Source: Candidatus Parvarchaeota archaeon
GTDB lineage: Archaea; Nanobdellota; Nanobdellia; WJKC01
Direction of reading: 5' to 3'
Assembly (NCBI GenBank): GCA_030615175.1
Contig: JAUWZX010000002.1
Span: forward strand, 124,001-150,113
DNA length: 26,113 bases
In this document: positions 17,394 through 26,113 of the stretch, piece after piece
Numbering within the stretch: the stretch's first letter is position 1
Layout: each line of letters opens with the position of its first letter
Program-made: the position numbers and the translations under genes
Notes under the pieces: generated by a model
What the model saw: the letters and a program-made list of their open reading frames with translations, nothing else
Told to the model about the DNA's origin: nothing
The model's database searches: none

Positions 17394-18761
17394 ATGACTA
17401 AAAACTTGGAAGACTTAATTAAAATGGGATGCATGAACAATTGGAGCATAAACGGCTCATTTAATGAAGTAATAGACTCGTATTATGAAATAGACAGTGC
17501 CACTAAAAAAGAATCAGTTCTAAGAAGGAAAAACCTCTTCAGATTCTTAGAAAAGAAACTCTTACTAAAAAAACAGGAAGGATTATTAAAGTACGCAATG
17601 GAAATGAATAAGGAGAATAACTTGTTAATATTTGAAAACGGCGGAACCTTTGGATACTTTATGAATAATTTTGCAGGAATAATATACGCTGACGCAGTAT
17701 CACAGGCATTAAAGGATAAAGGCAAGCCAGCCATAACGTTCACAATAATAGACCCGTCAGATGTATCAAGAGCTGAGAGAACTCTCCTCTTTGCTGGAAA
17801 GAAATTTAAGATGCCCTTGCCAGTCAAGAATGTTGGTGAGGGATTACCAACTAATTATTTACCGCCACTTCAAAAAGAGGAAATCAATAAATTATTTGAA
17901 AACATGAAAAAAGAGGTAAGATTATACTTTGACTTGGTTTTAATAAAAAACAATCGTTTTAAGGGTCGCCAAAAACAAAGAGAAGAGTTTAATAATACCT
18001 TAAATAGCATTCTTCAAAACCTAAGAAGCGTTAATGATAAATTCAATTCAATATCAAGTAATTCAAATAATTATAATGACTTCACTAATAAAATCTTATC
18101 AGAACTTATTGGACCATTAACGAAGAATAGTGTTTTCTTAACCTTAAAGGATTGGCAGGCTAACAGTGGAATAAAACAATTACTGTCAAAAAAAGAGTTT
18201 TATGAAAAAGTTAATCTCTCAATAGAGAAAACAAATAAGATGACGGGAAGTAATTTCAAGATATTAAAAACAAATAAGAAAGATGAATACGTACTCCCAT
18301 TCAGGATTAATGACGGGAAAAACATCTACAAAAAAAATAAGATAAACTTAAAAACAAAAGAAGTGATAATCTCAGATAAACAAACAATTACTATAGGATT
18401 CAATGAAGTAATAAAGAATTCAACACTATTACCTTATGGAGGAATTCTGTACGCAATTGATTCATACTCTTATGATGCTATTCCACTTGCATCAGCTGAG
18501 CCAAGAGTATTCTCTGGTTACTTGCTTGGAGGATTATTAAAGAAAGAGAATCCAAAACCATTCTTAACCAAAGACAAGGTGCCGTTCATTTCACTGGGCA
18601 GGATGAATAAGAAGTCAAGTGAGGTAAAATTAAGTGGTGCGCTTGGCGCTGCCTTCGAAGGGCTTGATTCAGATTACATTATCTCCTCATTCAAGACTAA
18701 AGATAAGGATTTCAAGATTGAATCAAAGATTTATAAGAAATACGGCCAGCCAAGTCCTTAA
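17394..18761 (+). CDS. Hypothetical protein, weak resemblance to BshC-like Rossmann-fold ligases
   Basis: 455-aa ORF; IFENGGTFG...A.AVSQAL...AITFTIIDPSD, central coiled coil and LPF echo BshC-like architecture; by eye only. Confidence 0.55.
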   Translation: MTKNLEDLIKMGCMNNWSINGSFNEVIDSYYEIDSATKKESVLRRKNLFRFLEKKLLLKKQEGLLKYAMEMNKENNLLIFENGGTFGYFMNNFAGIIYADAVSQALKDKGKPAITFTIIDPSDVSRAERTLLFAGKKFKMPLPVKNVGEGLPTNYLPPLQKEEINKLFENMKKEVRLYFDLVLIKNNRFKGRQKQREEFNNTLNSILQNLRSVNDKFNSISSNSNNYNDFTNKILSELIGPLTKNSVFLTLKDWQANSGIKQLLSKKEFYEKVNLSIEKTNKMTGSNFKILKTNKKDEYVLPFRINDGKNIYKKNKINLKTKEVIISDKQTITIGFNEVIKNSTLLPYGGILYAIDSYSYDAIPLASAEPRVFSGYLLGGLLKKENPKPFLTKDKVPFISLGRMNKKSSEVKLSGALGAAFEGLDSDYIISSFKTKDKDFKIESKIYKKYGQPSP

Positions 18762-18775
18762 TACTTTATTCACAC

Positions 18776-19964
18776 CTATTTTAATTTGTTTTTAACTGAA
18801 GAAATCTTATCTTCCAATTCCCGTATCTGTCCTTTTACTTCAATAATTTTTTCATATTTTTCTTCAATCCAGCCCGTCACCCTATCATTATAGTTATCAG
18901 TTCTTGCATTAGCGGCTTCATCTTCAAGTCTATTAATTTGTTCTTCTAAACTTGAAATATATTCCTCACTCTTTCCAATATTATTTTCCCATCTTTGTAT
19001 ATGCCCTTCCATTCTTTCATACCAATCATCATATTTTCTTCGCCTTTCTGCTTTTTTTTCAGAAATTCTTGATGATGCATTTTCCCATGCATAATTTAAA
19101 GTCTCACGCAGCTCACTTCTTTGCCCTCTTGTCATATATGATTCTTTTATGCTATTCTGAACTGCTTTGATTTCTTTAAAAGTTTCATAAGGATCTCCAT
19201 AATTTGATTTATTCAATGCATCTCTTGCTTTTTCTCTTATTCGAAAAAAATTCTTTTCCCCTATCTCTCCTTGTTTAGAATAAATAACTTCACCTATTCT
19301 TTTCCAGAACTCCCAACAAGAGTCTCTATCTTTTTTAATTAACGTTTTTTCTTTCATTAATCCTAAAATATAACTTTGAGAAGATTTTGCTTTTATAAGC
19401 TCTTCTAAATTGCTAGAACCTCCTGCCTGAAAATAAACATCATTAAGTAAAGAGAATATAGTATCTTTATTATTTGCAGATTCATTATCTCTTTCTCTCT
19501 GGATTGATTTTACTGAAGTACATATCGTACTATACCTGTCCCATAATCTTTCTCTATCTTTTTGAACAAGATTTTTTGTGGATTTAAATAATGCTGTTAC
19601 TTCCTTGGCTTTCTTCCAGAATTCATGAAATCTATAATTAACATGCATTAAAGTTAATGTTGTATCATAATAATCATGTTCAAGTTTATCTAATTCTTGC
19701 TCTATTATTGTTGAATTATATTCAGCTTCCCTTTTCATTTCTCGTTTAACTTGCTTACATAATTCACTATACCTATTCCATACTCTCTCCCTGTCTTGTT
19801 TCAAAAGGGGTTTTGATGTTTTAAATAAATAAACCACTTCTTTAGACTCATTCCAAAACTCTCTATAATCACTCTTTGAAATAATTTCTTCTAAATAATC
19901 TATTTTTTTTTTCTATTACAAGAGTATTCTCTTCTGATTTTTTTAAATTATCCTCTAAAGACAT
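18776..19964 (-). pseudogene. Helical repeat (DUF349-like) coiled-coil protein interrupted by a +1 frameshift in an A10 tract
   Basis: AGGAGG SD and ATG 19964; frame breaks at A10 (19912-19903); A9 restores a 395-aa ORF continuous with track ORF 19837-18776; repeats DRERVW/DRERLW/DRDSCW. Confidence 0.75.
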
Positions 19965-20104
19965 TTTAATCCTCCTTTTATAAAAAAGTTATAAGAATTA
20001 TATGATTTTTTATCAACTTTCAAAGTAATGTTTTTGATTATCATTTTAATCACTAATAATAAATATTTACTTTTATAAATATTACTGAAAGCCAGGAAGA
20101 CTAT

Positions 20105-20677
20105 TCACGCCAGATTCCTCGTGTAATAAATTACTGTTCCGCCTTTAACTCTGTCAGTATTAGTTATGCTTACAATGTACTGTTGCGGGTAACCATTTAA
20201 TTTATCAAGGCAGGCAGTTATTCTCATAATGTCATAACCGCCTATTATGTGCCTCTCCGGCTTTGGCGTTTTATCATAAAGGTATGCTTCAATCTTGTAG
20301 CACCCGTTAGTTGTTGGCATTGAGCCTAAGTACTTGCCAAAACTCGCGTTTGATAGTATTTCCAGCAATTCCTCTGGTCTTAAGTCATAAATGGTTCCTA
20401 ATTCATTAGTTATCGAGTAATTCCAAGTTACTGTTAATGCACTCTTCGCGTAATCAGCTGTTCCAATAAAAACATTTGTTCCTGAGGATTCATCATACCC
20501 TCCTGATACATTATAAGTAATGTTCATGTCATTCGTGCCTGTCATCCTCGCCATGCTTAATTGTATTACTTCATCATAAGTCGGCGTCCTTACTAATAAG
20601 ATGATAACTACAAGCAAGGCTATCACTACTGCAACGCTTATTATTGAAGCTTTCAGTATTGTCCTCTTCTCAATCAT
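20105..20677 (-). CDS. Membrane-anchored extracellular protein (190 aa), paralog of 20865-21455
   Basis: ATG 20677 overlaps ferredoxin stop (TAATG); N-terminal basic residues then TM helix; ACLDKLNGYP motif. Confidence 0.8.
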   Translation of the reverse strand: MIEKRTILKASIISVAVVIALLVVIILLVRTPTYDEVIQLSMARMTGTNDMNITYNVSGGYDESSGTNVFIGTADYAKSALTVTWNYSITNELGTIYDLRPEELLEILSNASFGKYLGSMPTTNGCYKIEAYLYDKTPKPERHIIGGYDIMRITACLDKLNGYPQQYIVSITNTDRVKGGTVIYYTRNLA

Positions 20678-20868
20678 TACTTTTTCACTTTTAGTTTTAT
20701 GGCGTTTTTTTCGCAGTTTTGAACGCATGCTTCGCACTCTAGACATTCTTGTTCTGGTTTTACGACTATGACTTCTCCTCCTTTTTTTTCGAAGTATCCT
20801 ATTGGGCATATTTCAGTGCACGTCCCGCAATTATTACATTTATCCTTATTAATTATTGGTTCTTTCAT
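20677..20868 (-). CDS. 2x[4Fe-4S] ferredoxin
   Basis: CNNCGTCTEICP and CLECEACVQNC motifs. Confidence 0.93.
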   Translation of the reverse strand: MKEPIINKDKCNNCGTCTEICPIGYFEKKGGEVIVVKPEQECLECEACVQNCEKNAIKLKVKK

Positions 20869-21455
20869 ACTTTCTTATTGAAAGTTAGTGTTTTTAAAAA
20901 TATTTTGCTGCTGATTTTATGAGTGCCGTTAGTGTCAACGATTAATAATAGTGTCGGGTAACCGACCTCGTTGTCCATGCAAGCCACGTATATTAGTTTC
21001 CCTCCTTCAGCGTACGTTTTTAATGTCACGTTCACTGGATGCGTGAACGTGCTGTGGCATGGCCTTAAGTTAATTGTTAAGTCATTAGCGAAGTTGCTTT
21101 GATTATTTTCCTGTATTATCTCGAATGCTTCTTTAGGGCTTGGCAGTATTGCATACCCGTTGTAATCTGATAATTCGCTGCTCAGCACGAATACTTCATC
21201 GCCTTCCCTGTTCCTGTAAGTCATTGAGCCTTGAATCGTGTTATTATACTCGTCAGTTACGTTAATGTCGTATACTAGGCGGATGAATTCTATTTCACTC
21301 ATTGCCTGTGTTGATAATTCAATCACGTCAGTGAACGTGTGTGTTAATTCCTCCTCTTCAGAGGCGGGTATTAATAGGATTACGAGCAGGACAATGACTC
21401 CAAGGAGCACTGCCATTGAACTAACGAGTATTAATTTAGTCCAGTTCATTTCCAT
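20865..21455 (-). CDS. Membrane-anchored extracellular protein, paralog of 20105-20677
   Basis: N-terminal TM helix; TFTDVIELS, ACMDNEVGYP; ATGA overlap with ferredoxin. Confidence 0.8.
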   Translation of the reverse strand: MEMNWTKLILVSSMAVLLGVIVLLVILLIPASEEEELTHTFTDVIELSTQAMSEIEFIRLVYDINVTDEYNNTIQGSMTYRNREGDEVFVLSSELSDYNGYAILPSPKEAFEIIQENNQSNFANDLTINLRPCHSTFTHPVNVTLKTYAEGGKLIYVACMDNEVGYPTLLLIVDTNGTHKISSKIFLKTLTFNKKV

Positions 21456-21503
21456 TTAATTATTCTTTAATGGATTGGATTCTTATTAAATTATTGGCAA
21501 TAG

Positions 21504-22913
21504 TTACAGGCTTAGTCCAATCATTTCTAGTGCTTCGTCGCCTACGAATTTCAGGACTGCTTTCAGTCCTTTCTTGAATTTAGTCCATTTAACGTTTCCG
21601 TGCTTAATGTTTAACGGGTTAGTCATGAGCATTATTGGGTATTGCTCGCCGTCTATTTCTGTTTCAGCATAGGCTTTAAGCATTAATGCTAATGGGCTTT
21701 CTGGTCTTTCAATCTCTAGTCTGGTTGTGTACTTGTTTCCTGGCGTTAATTCTTCATTAATGATTACTGTTTTATCATTCACTGGCTTGTTCACTGTCCC
21801 GTATAATGCATTGTTTAAGTGAAGTGTTGACTCTATTTTTTCAAGGATTGTTGTCTTTGTTGGTTGTATTGTGATTTCAGCGTTGAATGGCTGGCCAACA
21901 ACGTATGTTTTACCATCCATTGTTCCTCCATCAATGTTTATCTCATATATTAATTCCTTTGACAGCATTCTGCTGACTATTAGGCTCATTGCTTTCTGCA
22001 TCTTATCTATTTTCTTGTCACTGTTCATTAAACCAGTGACTTGAGCGTACACTGTCTTGTTTTCTTTCAAGTATGGCATTGCTCCTTTAAAGTCTCCTGT
22101 CACTGCTTTGTAAGCTGCTTTCATGAACTCATCCTTGTCAGGTATCTTGAATGCTATGTCATCTATTTTATCATCTAGGGTGTCGAATCTTTGATGCATC
22201 TCGCTTTTTAACTGCCTTATTTCAACAATAACTAAGTCCTGACTCACTTGTCCTTGAGTCATTGTTATTCTTGGCACAATCCAACCGCATTCATTACATT
22301 CATCTATTTCAGCAACACTGTAACCGCAGTCCTCGCAAATGAAGATGTTAGGGTCCCTGACTTCTAAAGTAGTGTCTATTGAGTGAGCGTATTGTATTTC
22401 TTTTAGTTTACCATCCACTGACTCTATTTTTCCTTTACTGATTTTCTCCAAGTCATCTGTGAATTGCCCTAATACTCCTTTGTTAATCTTGCTTGCGGCG
22501 TAAACGCTTAATAGGTTATCATCACTCACTGCTTTCACTGCTAGTCTTTCCTCTTTTTCGCCGTCAGTGATTATTGAGAAGTAACGCTTCTCGTTTTCAG
22601 GGATTAAATCAACTTCCAAATACCTTAACGCCTTGCCGTACTTCTCTTTAGCCCCGCTATGAAATAATTCAAGAGTCTTATCAGAACTTAATTCATAAAA
22701 ATGCAAGTCAAATGATTTCTGATAAAAATTGTCCAGCATGAACTCCAAGGTTTCATTTAGAACGAAATCAGAGGCTTTATCAAAATCTTTAGATTCATCA
22801 TATTTCAGTGCTCCTAAGTTTATTTCTTTATCATTAAAATAATCCGCAGGATTTTTATGAATTAATTTATAATGTGCCTGTTCCCTGTCACGAACTAATT
22901 GATTTTCAACCAT
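21504..22913 (-). CDS. Hypothetical multidomain protein with central Zn ribbon, coiled coil and beta-rich C-terminal domain
   Basis: 469 aa; CEDCG-x6-CNECG; heptad segment IRQLKSEMHQRFDTLDDKIDDI; GTGGT SD. Confidence 0.75.
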   Translation of the reverse strand: MVENQLVRDREQAHYKLIHKNPADYFNDKEINLGALKYDESKDFDKASDFVLNETLEFMLDNFYQKSFDLHFYELSSDKTLELFHSGAKEKYGKALRYLEVDLIPENEKRYFSIITDGEKEERLAVKAVSDDNLLSVYAASKINKGVLGQFTDDLEKISKGKIESVDGKLKEIQYAHSIDTTLEVRDPNIFICEDCGYSVAEIDECNECGWIVPRITMTQGQVSQDLVIVEIRQLKSEMHQRFDTLDDKIDDIAFKIPDKDEFMKAAYKAVTGDFKGAMPYLKENKTVYAQVTGLMNSDKKIDKMQKAMSLIVSRMLSKELIYEINIDGGTMDGKTYVVGQPFNAEITIQPTKTTILEKIESTLHLNNALYGTVNKPVNDKTVIINEELTPGNKYTTRLEIERPESPLALMLKAYAETEIDGEQYPIMLMTNPLNIKHGNVKWTKFKKGLKAVLKFVGDEALEMIGLSL

Positions 22914-22965
22914 AATTTACCACTTGTTAAGAGTAACATTAATTGTTTATAAGGGTTGTGGTGGG

Positions 22966-23367
22966 TTATTTTTGACTTTCTTTTTTAACTTTTAAATATG
23001 CTGCTTTTTTTTCTTCAGTTGCTTGTCCTGGTCCTTGCGTTGGTTCTTCTGCTGTTTTCTTTAGGCTTTTTTTGAAGTCTCCTTTAAGGCCTAATTTATC
23101 GCCTGCTTCAATCCCATGAATATCAAGAATCTCTTCGTTTTGCCCTAAGAACTTCTTTAATTCATCGCTCAATTTTTCATTGCCTAAGTTTTTAGCAAGG
23201 GTTTTAATATCAATACTTTTATTGTTTTCTTTAAAAAAATTGTATATAACCTCGATTATATGATAAATATTGAAATTAGTTTTGTCTAATTTCTTATCAC
23301 TAGATGTTCCATCATACTCCTGGACTAATATTACTGCTGCTTGTTGCGCACTAACCGCCATTTTCAT
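22966..23367 (-). CDS. Hypothetical protein
   Basis: 133-aa ORF, ATGA overlap with upstream gene, GGTGG SD. Confidence 0.7.
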   Translation of the reverse strand: MKMAVSAQQAAVILVQEYDGTSSDKKLDKTNFNIYHIIEVIYNFFKENNKSIDIKTLAKNLGNEKLSDELKKFLGQNEEILDIHGIEAGDKLGLKGDFKKSLKKTAEEPTQGPGQATEEKKAAYLKVKKESQK

Positions 23368-24797
23368 CCACCACCCATCGCTTTTTCAGACTCATAGTTA
23401 ACAACTGGTATTGGCTCTTCTTCTAATTTATCCAATGCTTCTCTTAATTCCTTTGAATTATCATCTTCAAGTTTTTCCATTTCACTGTTTGTTTTTTCAA
23501 CTCTATCCTCAACCTGGCTTAATAATCTATTAATGTCCTGTTCATTAAGCAATTCACTACTAACCATTAAATTATCTATCCTGTCTCTGTGTTCTTTATC
23601 AAGTTTTGATTTGACTTTATTTATTACAAAGCCAACATGCTTCCATAAGGCAGAGTAATTATTACTTATGCTTTTTAGTTTATTATTTAATTCATCAAAA
23701 TTAATTTCTGCTGCTTCTCCCGGACTGGCTGATGAAAGAATCTTATTCTCTGCCTGCTCAGCCCATAATAAGTAATACATCTCCTTAAGTTGTAGAAGCA
23801 GGTAATAATTTATTTGAAGCATGATGTTCGCCTCGCTTAATAATAACCCCTTCCCTAACCCTTCTTTATCAATTTTATCAATTAATTCACTAATGATTTT
23901 CTTAATCCGCTTAACAATTAATGACTCCCTTCTAGCAAACTTATTCAATGTCTTAACAACCACATTAAGATTATACTGATCAATGTACGGCTTGAGTTCT
24001 GGTCGCTCCTCGTAAGCGCTTAACTCTTTTAATCGCTTGCCAATCTTCTTTTCTTGCGCTTCATTCATGCTTACAAGACTGCCAGCAACATCAGTTAAGT
24101 GATTAAATGATTTTATAAGAGCTTTTTTCCAATTAGATTCCTTTGAGTAACTCTCTTTTAATTTTAGTTTAGTAACACTCTTGCAGTCATTAAATAATTC
24201 TCCAGGGTTTAAGCCAAGACTATTGAAACTATTAAGAACTTCTCTAAAATCCTCTTTGTTTTTAGTAAAATGAAGTGACAATACATAAACAATCCTTGCC
24301 AAGTCCTGAAATATTAAGTAATCATAATCGAAATCCATGACTAATTTCTCATCCTTCTTCCAGTCAGGATTTATTCCGGCTTTCCTTTCCTTATTTTTAG
24401 CACTGTATTCTCTTCTCTTAAACATCCCTCTTAATCCTTTATTATTAACTAGTATCCAGACAAAGCCTGCTCCTAAGCCAGCAGTTATGCCACTCCTGAA
24501 TTCATCCCATGAAATCCTGTAACCTAATGCGTCAAAAGTCCAAGTATTGACTTGCCCGCCGAAAGTGAAGTCAAACAAGAAGAAAACAATAATCCCGCAT
24601 AAAAGTAGGTAAGTAACGACGCTCCAAAGAGTTCCCTTACTGAGAGTGGTTGTCGGCGCGAACGCGAGCGCAAACCAGAAGCCAATGCCAAACGCATTCT
24701 TCAAATAAAGAAATGATAGCATGCCCATTAGCATAAAGGCAGTAGTGACACCACCATTAAGAAAACCTTCATTCTTACTCTCCCAGCCCAAAACCAT
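23364..24797 (-). CDS. Hypothetical membrane protein (3-4 N-terminal TM helices, long helical cytoplasmic domain)
   Basis: Hydrophobic segments in the first 120 aa, then charged coiled-coil-like region; GGGAG SD. Confidence 0.78.
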   Translation of the reverse strand: MVLGWESKNEGFLNGGVTTAFMLMGMLSFLYLKNAFGIGFWFALAFAPTTTLSKGTLWSVVTYLLLCGIIVFFLFDFTFGGQVNTWTFDALGYRISWDEFRSGITAGLGAGFVWILVNNKGLRGMFKRREYSAKNKERKAGINPDWKKDEKLVMDFDYDYLIFQDLARIVYVLSLHFTKNKEDFREVLNSFNSLGLNPGELFNDCKSVTKLKLKESYSKESNWKKALIKSFNHLTDVAGSLVSMNEAQEKKIGKRLKELSAYEERPELKPYIDQYNLNVVVKTLNKFARRESLIVKRIKKIISELIDKIDKEGLGKGLLLSEANIMLQINYYLLLQLKEMYYLLWAEQAENKILSSASPGEAAEINFDELNNKLKSISNNYSALWKHVGFVINKVKSKLDKEHRDRIDNLMVSSELLNEQDINRLLSQVEDRVEKTNSEMEKLEDDNSKELREALDKLEEEPIPVVNYESEKAMGGG

Positions 24798-24940
24798 AAT
24801 TACTCCCTAATTAATCTAGTGATTCACTAATTAAAAAAGTTAGCGAACAGGGTTAAATACTTTTTGTTTTAAAACCGCTTACCAAGAATACTCAAGAATG
24901 TCTTCGCAAGTTGTTAAGGACTTGTTGGACCAGGACACTT

Positions 24941-25639
24941 TTAGTGTTTTTCTAGGAAAGAACAAGGCGATACTTTTGGAATATAATATGTATAATCATA
25001 AAATTCAGTTAATGAATCTTCTTTTTCCTCTATCCTTTTTAGATTAATATTAAAAAATTCTCCTTTTTTTGGAGCAATATCAACAGTAAGAATATGATTA
25101 CCAAACTCTTTTTTAAGTATAGAACCAACTGTTTCAAATTCCAAACCATTTAATACGAATTTTTGATTCATTGCATGAAAGTTTCCTAATAAAACAAGAG
25201 TTTGAAAATCACTTAATGCATTTTTAATATTATTCACAATAATCTCATCCCTCTTCAATAATTCATCAACAACTAAATCATAATTAAGATCAACACATTG
25301 AACTTTGATGCTCTTATCATACTTCTTGTTTAATTCATACACTTTGTTAATCAATTTTATTATTTCAATACTGTTCCTGCCATCACTTTCAGAAGAGTTG
25401 CTAAAAAATTGTGTATTCTCAAGTAGAGCAAGGTTTCCAGAATCTAAGAATTCATTAATTTTACCTTGTTCATTAGAAGGTATTTCCAAACATAAATTAA
25501 AATCCTTAATCAAAATATACTTTGATAAAAAGTCTGAAAACTCCAAAGGGATTTCTTTAGTACCATGAACTTCACCAAAAATCACTATTTTTCTTTTAAT
25601 CAGCTTATTTTTAATAAAATTGAATAAAGAAATAGTCAT
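24941..25639 (-). CDS. EreA/ChaN/TIKI-superfamily protein
   Basis: IVIFGEVHGT.EIP, LCLEIP, DGRNS, VD, RD, LLGNFHA motif order. Confidence 0.7.
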   Translation of the reverse strand: MTISLFNFIKNKLIKRKIVIFGEVHGTKEIPLEFSDFLSKYILIKDFNLCLEIPSNEQGKINEFLDSGNLALLENTQFFSNSSESDGRNSIEIIKLINKVYELNKKYDKSIKVQCVDLNYDLVVDELLKRDEIIVNNIKNALSDFQTLVLLGNFHAMNQKFVLNGLEFETVGSILKKEFGNHILTVDIAPKKGEFFNINLKRIEEKEDSLTEFYDYTYYIPKVSPCSFLEKH

Positions 25640-25740
25640 AGTATATTCTCCGCAACATCCTTATCTGTTATACTATATATTCTAAATTTATTGATTATGG
25701 TTTCAGTTAAGTTTTCTATGCCTACTTTAACGAACCCCAT
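25636..25740 (-). CDS. Possible 34-aa ORF coupled to the EreA/ChaN-like gene
   Basis: MGFVKVGIENLTETIINKFRIYSITDKDVAENIL*; stop overlaps next start (ATGA); no motif. Confidence 0.3.
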   Translation of the reverse strand: MGFVKVGIENLTETIINKFRIYSITDKDVAENIL

Positions 25741-25769
25741 AATCTAAAAAGGTATTAATTACTAATTAA

Positions 25770-25904
25770 TTATTCTATCCATTTTTTTATTAGTTCTTCC
25801 ACTATTTTTGATAGATTCCTTGTTTTGCCTGTTCTTTCTATTACTTTTATTCTGAACTTCTTCATTAATTCTTTGTTTATCATTAGTGTTACTTTTTCTT
25901 TCAC
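25770..25904 (-). CDS. Ribbon-helix-helix (CopG-like) DNA-binding protein, 44 aa, absent from ORF track
   Basis: GTG start; MKEKVTLMINKELMKKFRIKVIERTGKTRNLSKIVEELIKKWIE*: alternating strand, helix, G-turn, LSxxVEELI helix. Confidence 0.8.
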   Translation of the reverse strand: MKEKVTLMINKELMKKFRIKVIERTGKTRNLSKIVEELIKKWIE

Positions 25905-25909
25905 ATTAT

Positions 25910-25965
25910 TTACACAGTATACCGTAATATTTATAAGTATCTACAGTTTACTGTGTAACTGTGTA
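25910..25965. promoter_or_regulatory. Bidirectional TATA flanked by inverted/tandem operator repeats
   Basis: TTACACAGTA (25910-25919) and TACTGTGTAA (25949-25958) are a perfect 10-bp inverted repeat around ATATTTATAAG; extra ACTGTGTA at 25958-25965. Confidence 0.7.
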
Positions 25966-26113
25966 TAAACGCATTAAAATCTTCACTGCTCGCAGGTCAT
26001 TTTATGAAGGGTCTAAAGCCATTGATTTCGTCCTTAAACCGCCCGAGAAGATTGAAGAATTCAGCATTGACTACGGAATGACAATCAAGATCAGGGAAGG
26101 AAAGAATAAAAAC
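25961..26113 (+). CDS. Hypothetical protein, 3'-truncated by window edge
   Basis: GTG start about 24 nt after the TATA; open to the end: MYKRIKIFTARRSFYEGSKAIDFVLKPPEKIEEFSIDYGMTIKIREGKNKN. Confidence 0.55.
   Translation, partial: MYKRIKIFTARRSFYEGSKAIDFVLKPPEKIEEFSIDYGMTIKIREGKNKN

Noticed and set aside
11511..17827. Multiple short antisense or alternate-frame ORFs inside the PRTase, phosphorylase, hutH, nitrilase-like, hisS and 455-aa genes
   Set aside because: Fully nested in better-supported genes and lacking recognisable features.
20678..20809. Arg/Lys-rich N-terminal extension of the 234-aa track ORF (looks protamine-like)
   Set aside because: It is an alternative frame of the ferredoxin gene; the real start is ATG 20677, overlapping the ferredoxin stop.
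10997..22913. Apparent change in strand/codon-ending bias near 18.8-20 kb suggesting a replication origin or terminus
   Set aside because: Impression only and not computed; no cdc6/orc1 or ORB repeats; a mosaic of acquired genes explains it equally well. A cumulative skew plot over the contig would be needed.
26004..26081. 25-aa ATG ORF near the right edge
   Set aside because: The overlapping GTG frame from 25961 is open to the window end and fits the promoter spacing better.
1..26113. CRISPR array, rRNA or IS/transposase
   Set aside because: No regularly spaced repeats, rRNA-like stretch or transposase motifs seen.

Overview
AT-rich, compact archaeal chromosome segment. BRE/TATA promoters about 22-27 nt upstream of mostly leaderless starts, CCA-less tRNAs and the archaeal ribosomal proteins point to a small-genome DPANN-type lineage (inference). 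Left third (1-9.9 kb) is mostly core: rps3ae (partial), taw1, tRNA-Gly(GCC), tRNA-Val(GAC), a beta-CASP nuclease plus PIN pair and the conserved FKBP-ftsZ-secE-spt5-rpl11-rpl1-rpl10-rpl12 block. It is interspersed with small accessory genes: an unannotated Zn-finger microprotein, a propeptide-less proteasome-beta-like Ntn hydrolase, a pilin, a nonsense-interrupted orphan inside the spt5-rpl11 junction, and a 45-nt palindromic in-frame insertion in rpl1. The middle (10-18.8 kb) is an unusual enzyme neighbourhood and the best candidate for an undescribed system: a MoaA-like radical SAM enzyme with altered substrate residues, two distantly paralogous PRTase-fold proteins, a nucleoside phosphorylase, histidine ammonia-lyase, a divergent nitrilase-fold protein, hisS and a possible BshC-like protein. 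The right part (18.8-26.1 kb) is accessory: a repeat protein broken at an A10 tract, a paralog-ferredoxin-paralog operon, large orphans, an EreA/ChaN-like protein and an unannotated ribbon-helix-helix gene sharing an operator-flanked bidirectional promoter with a gene running off the window. All family assignments are by manual motif reading; no searches were run.
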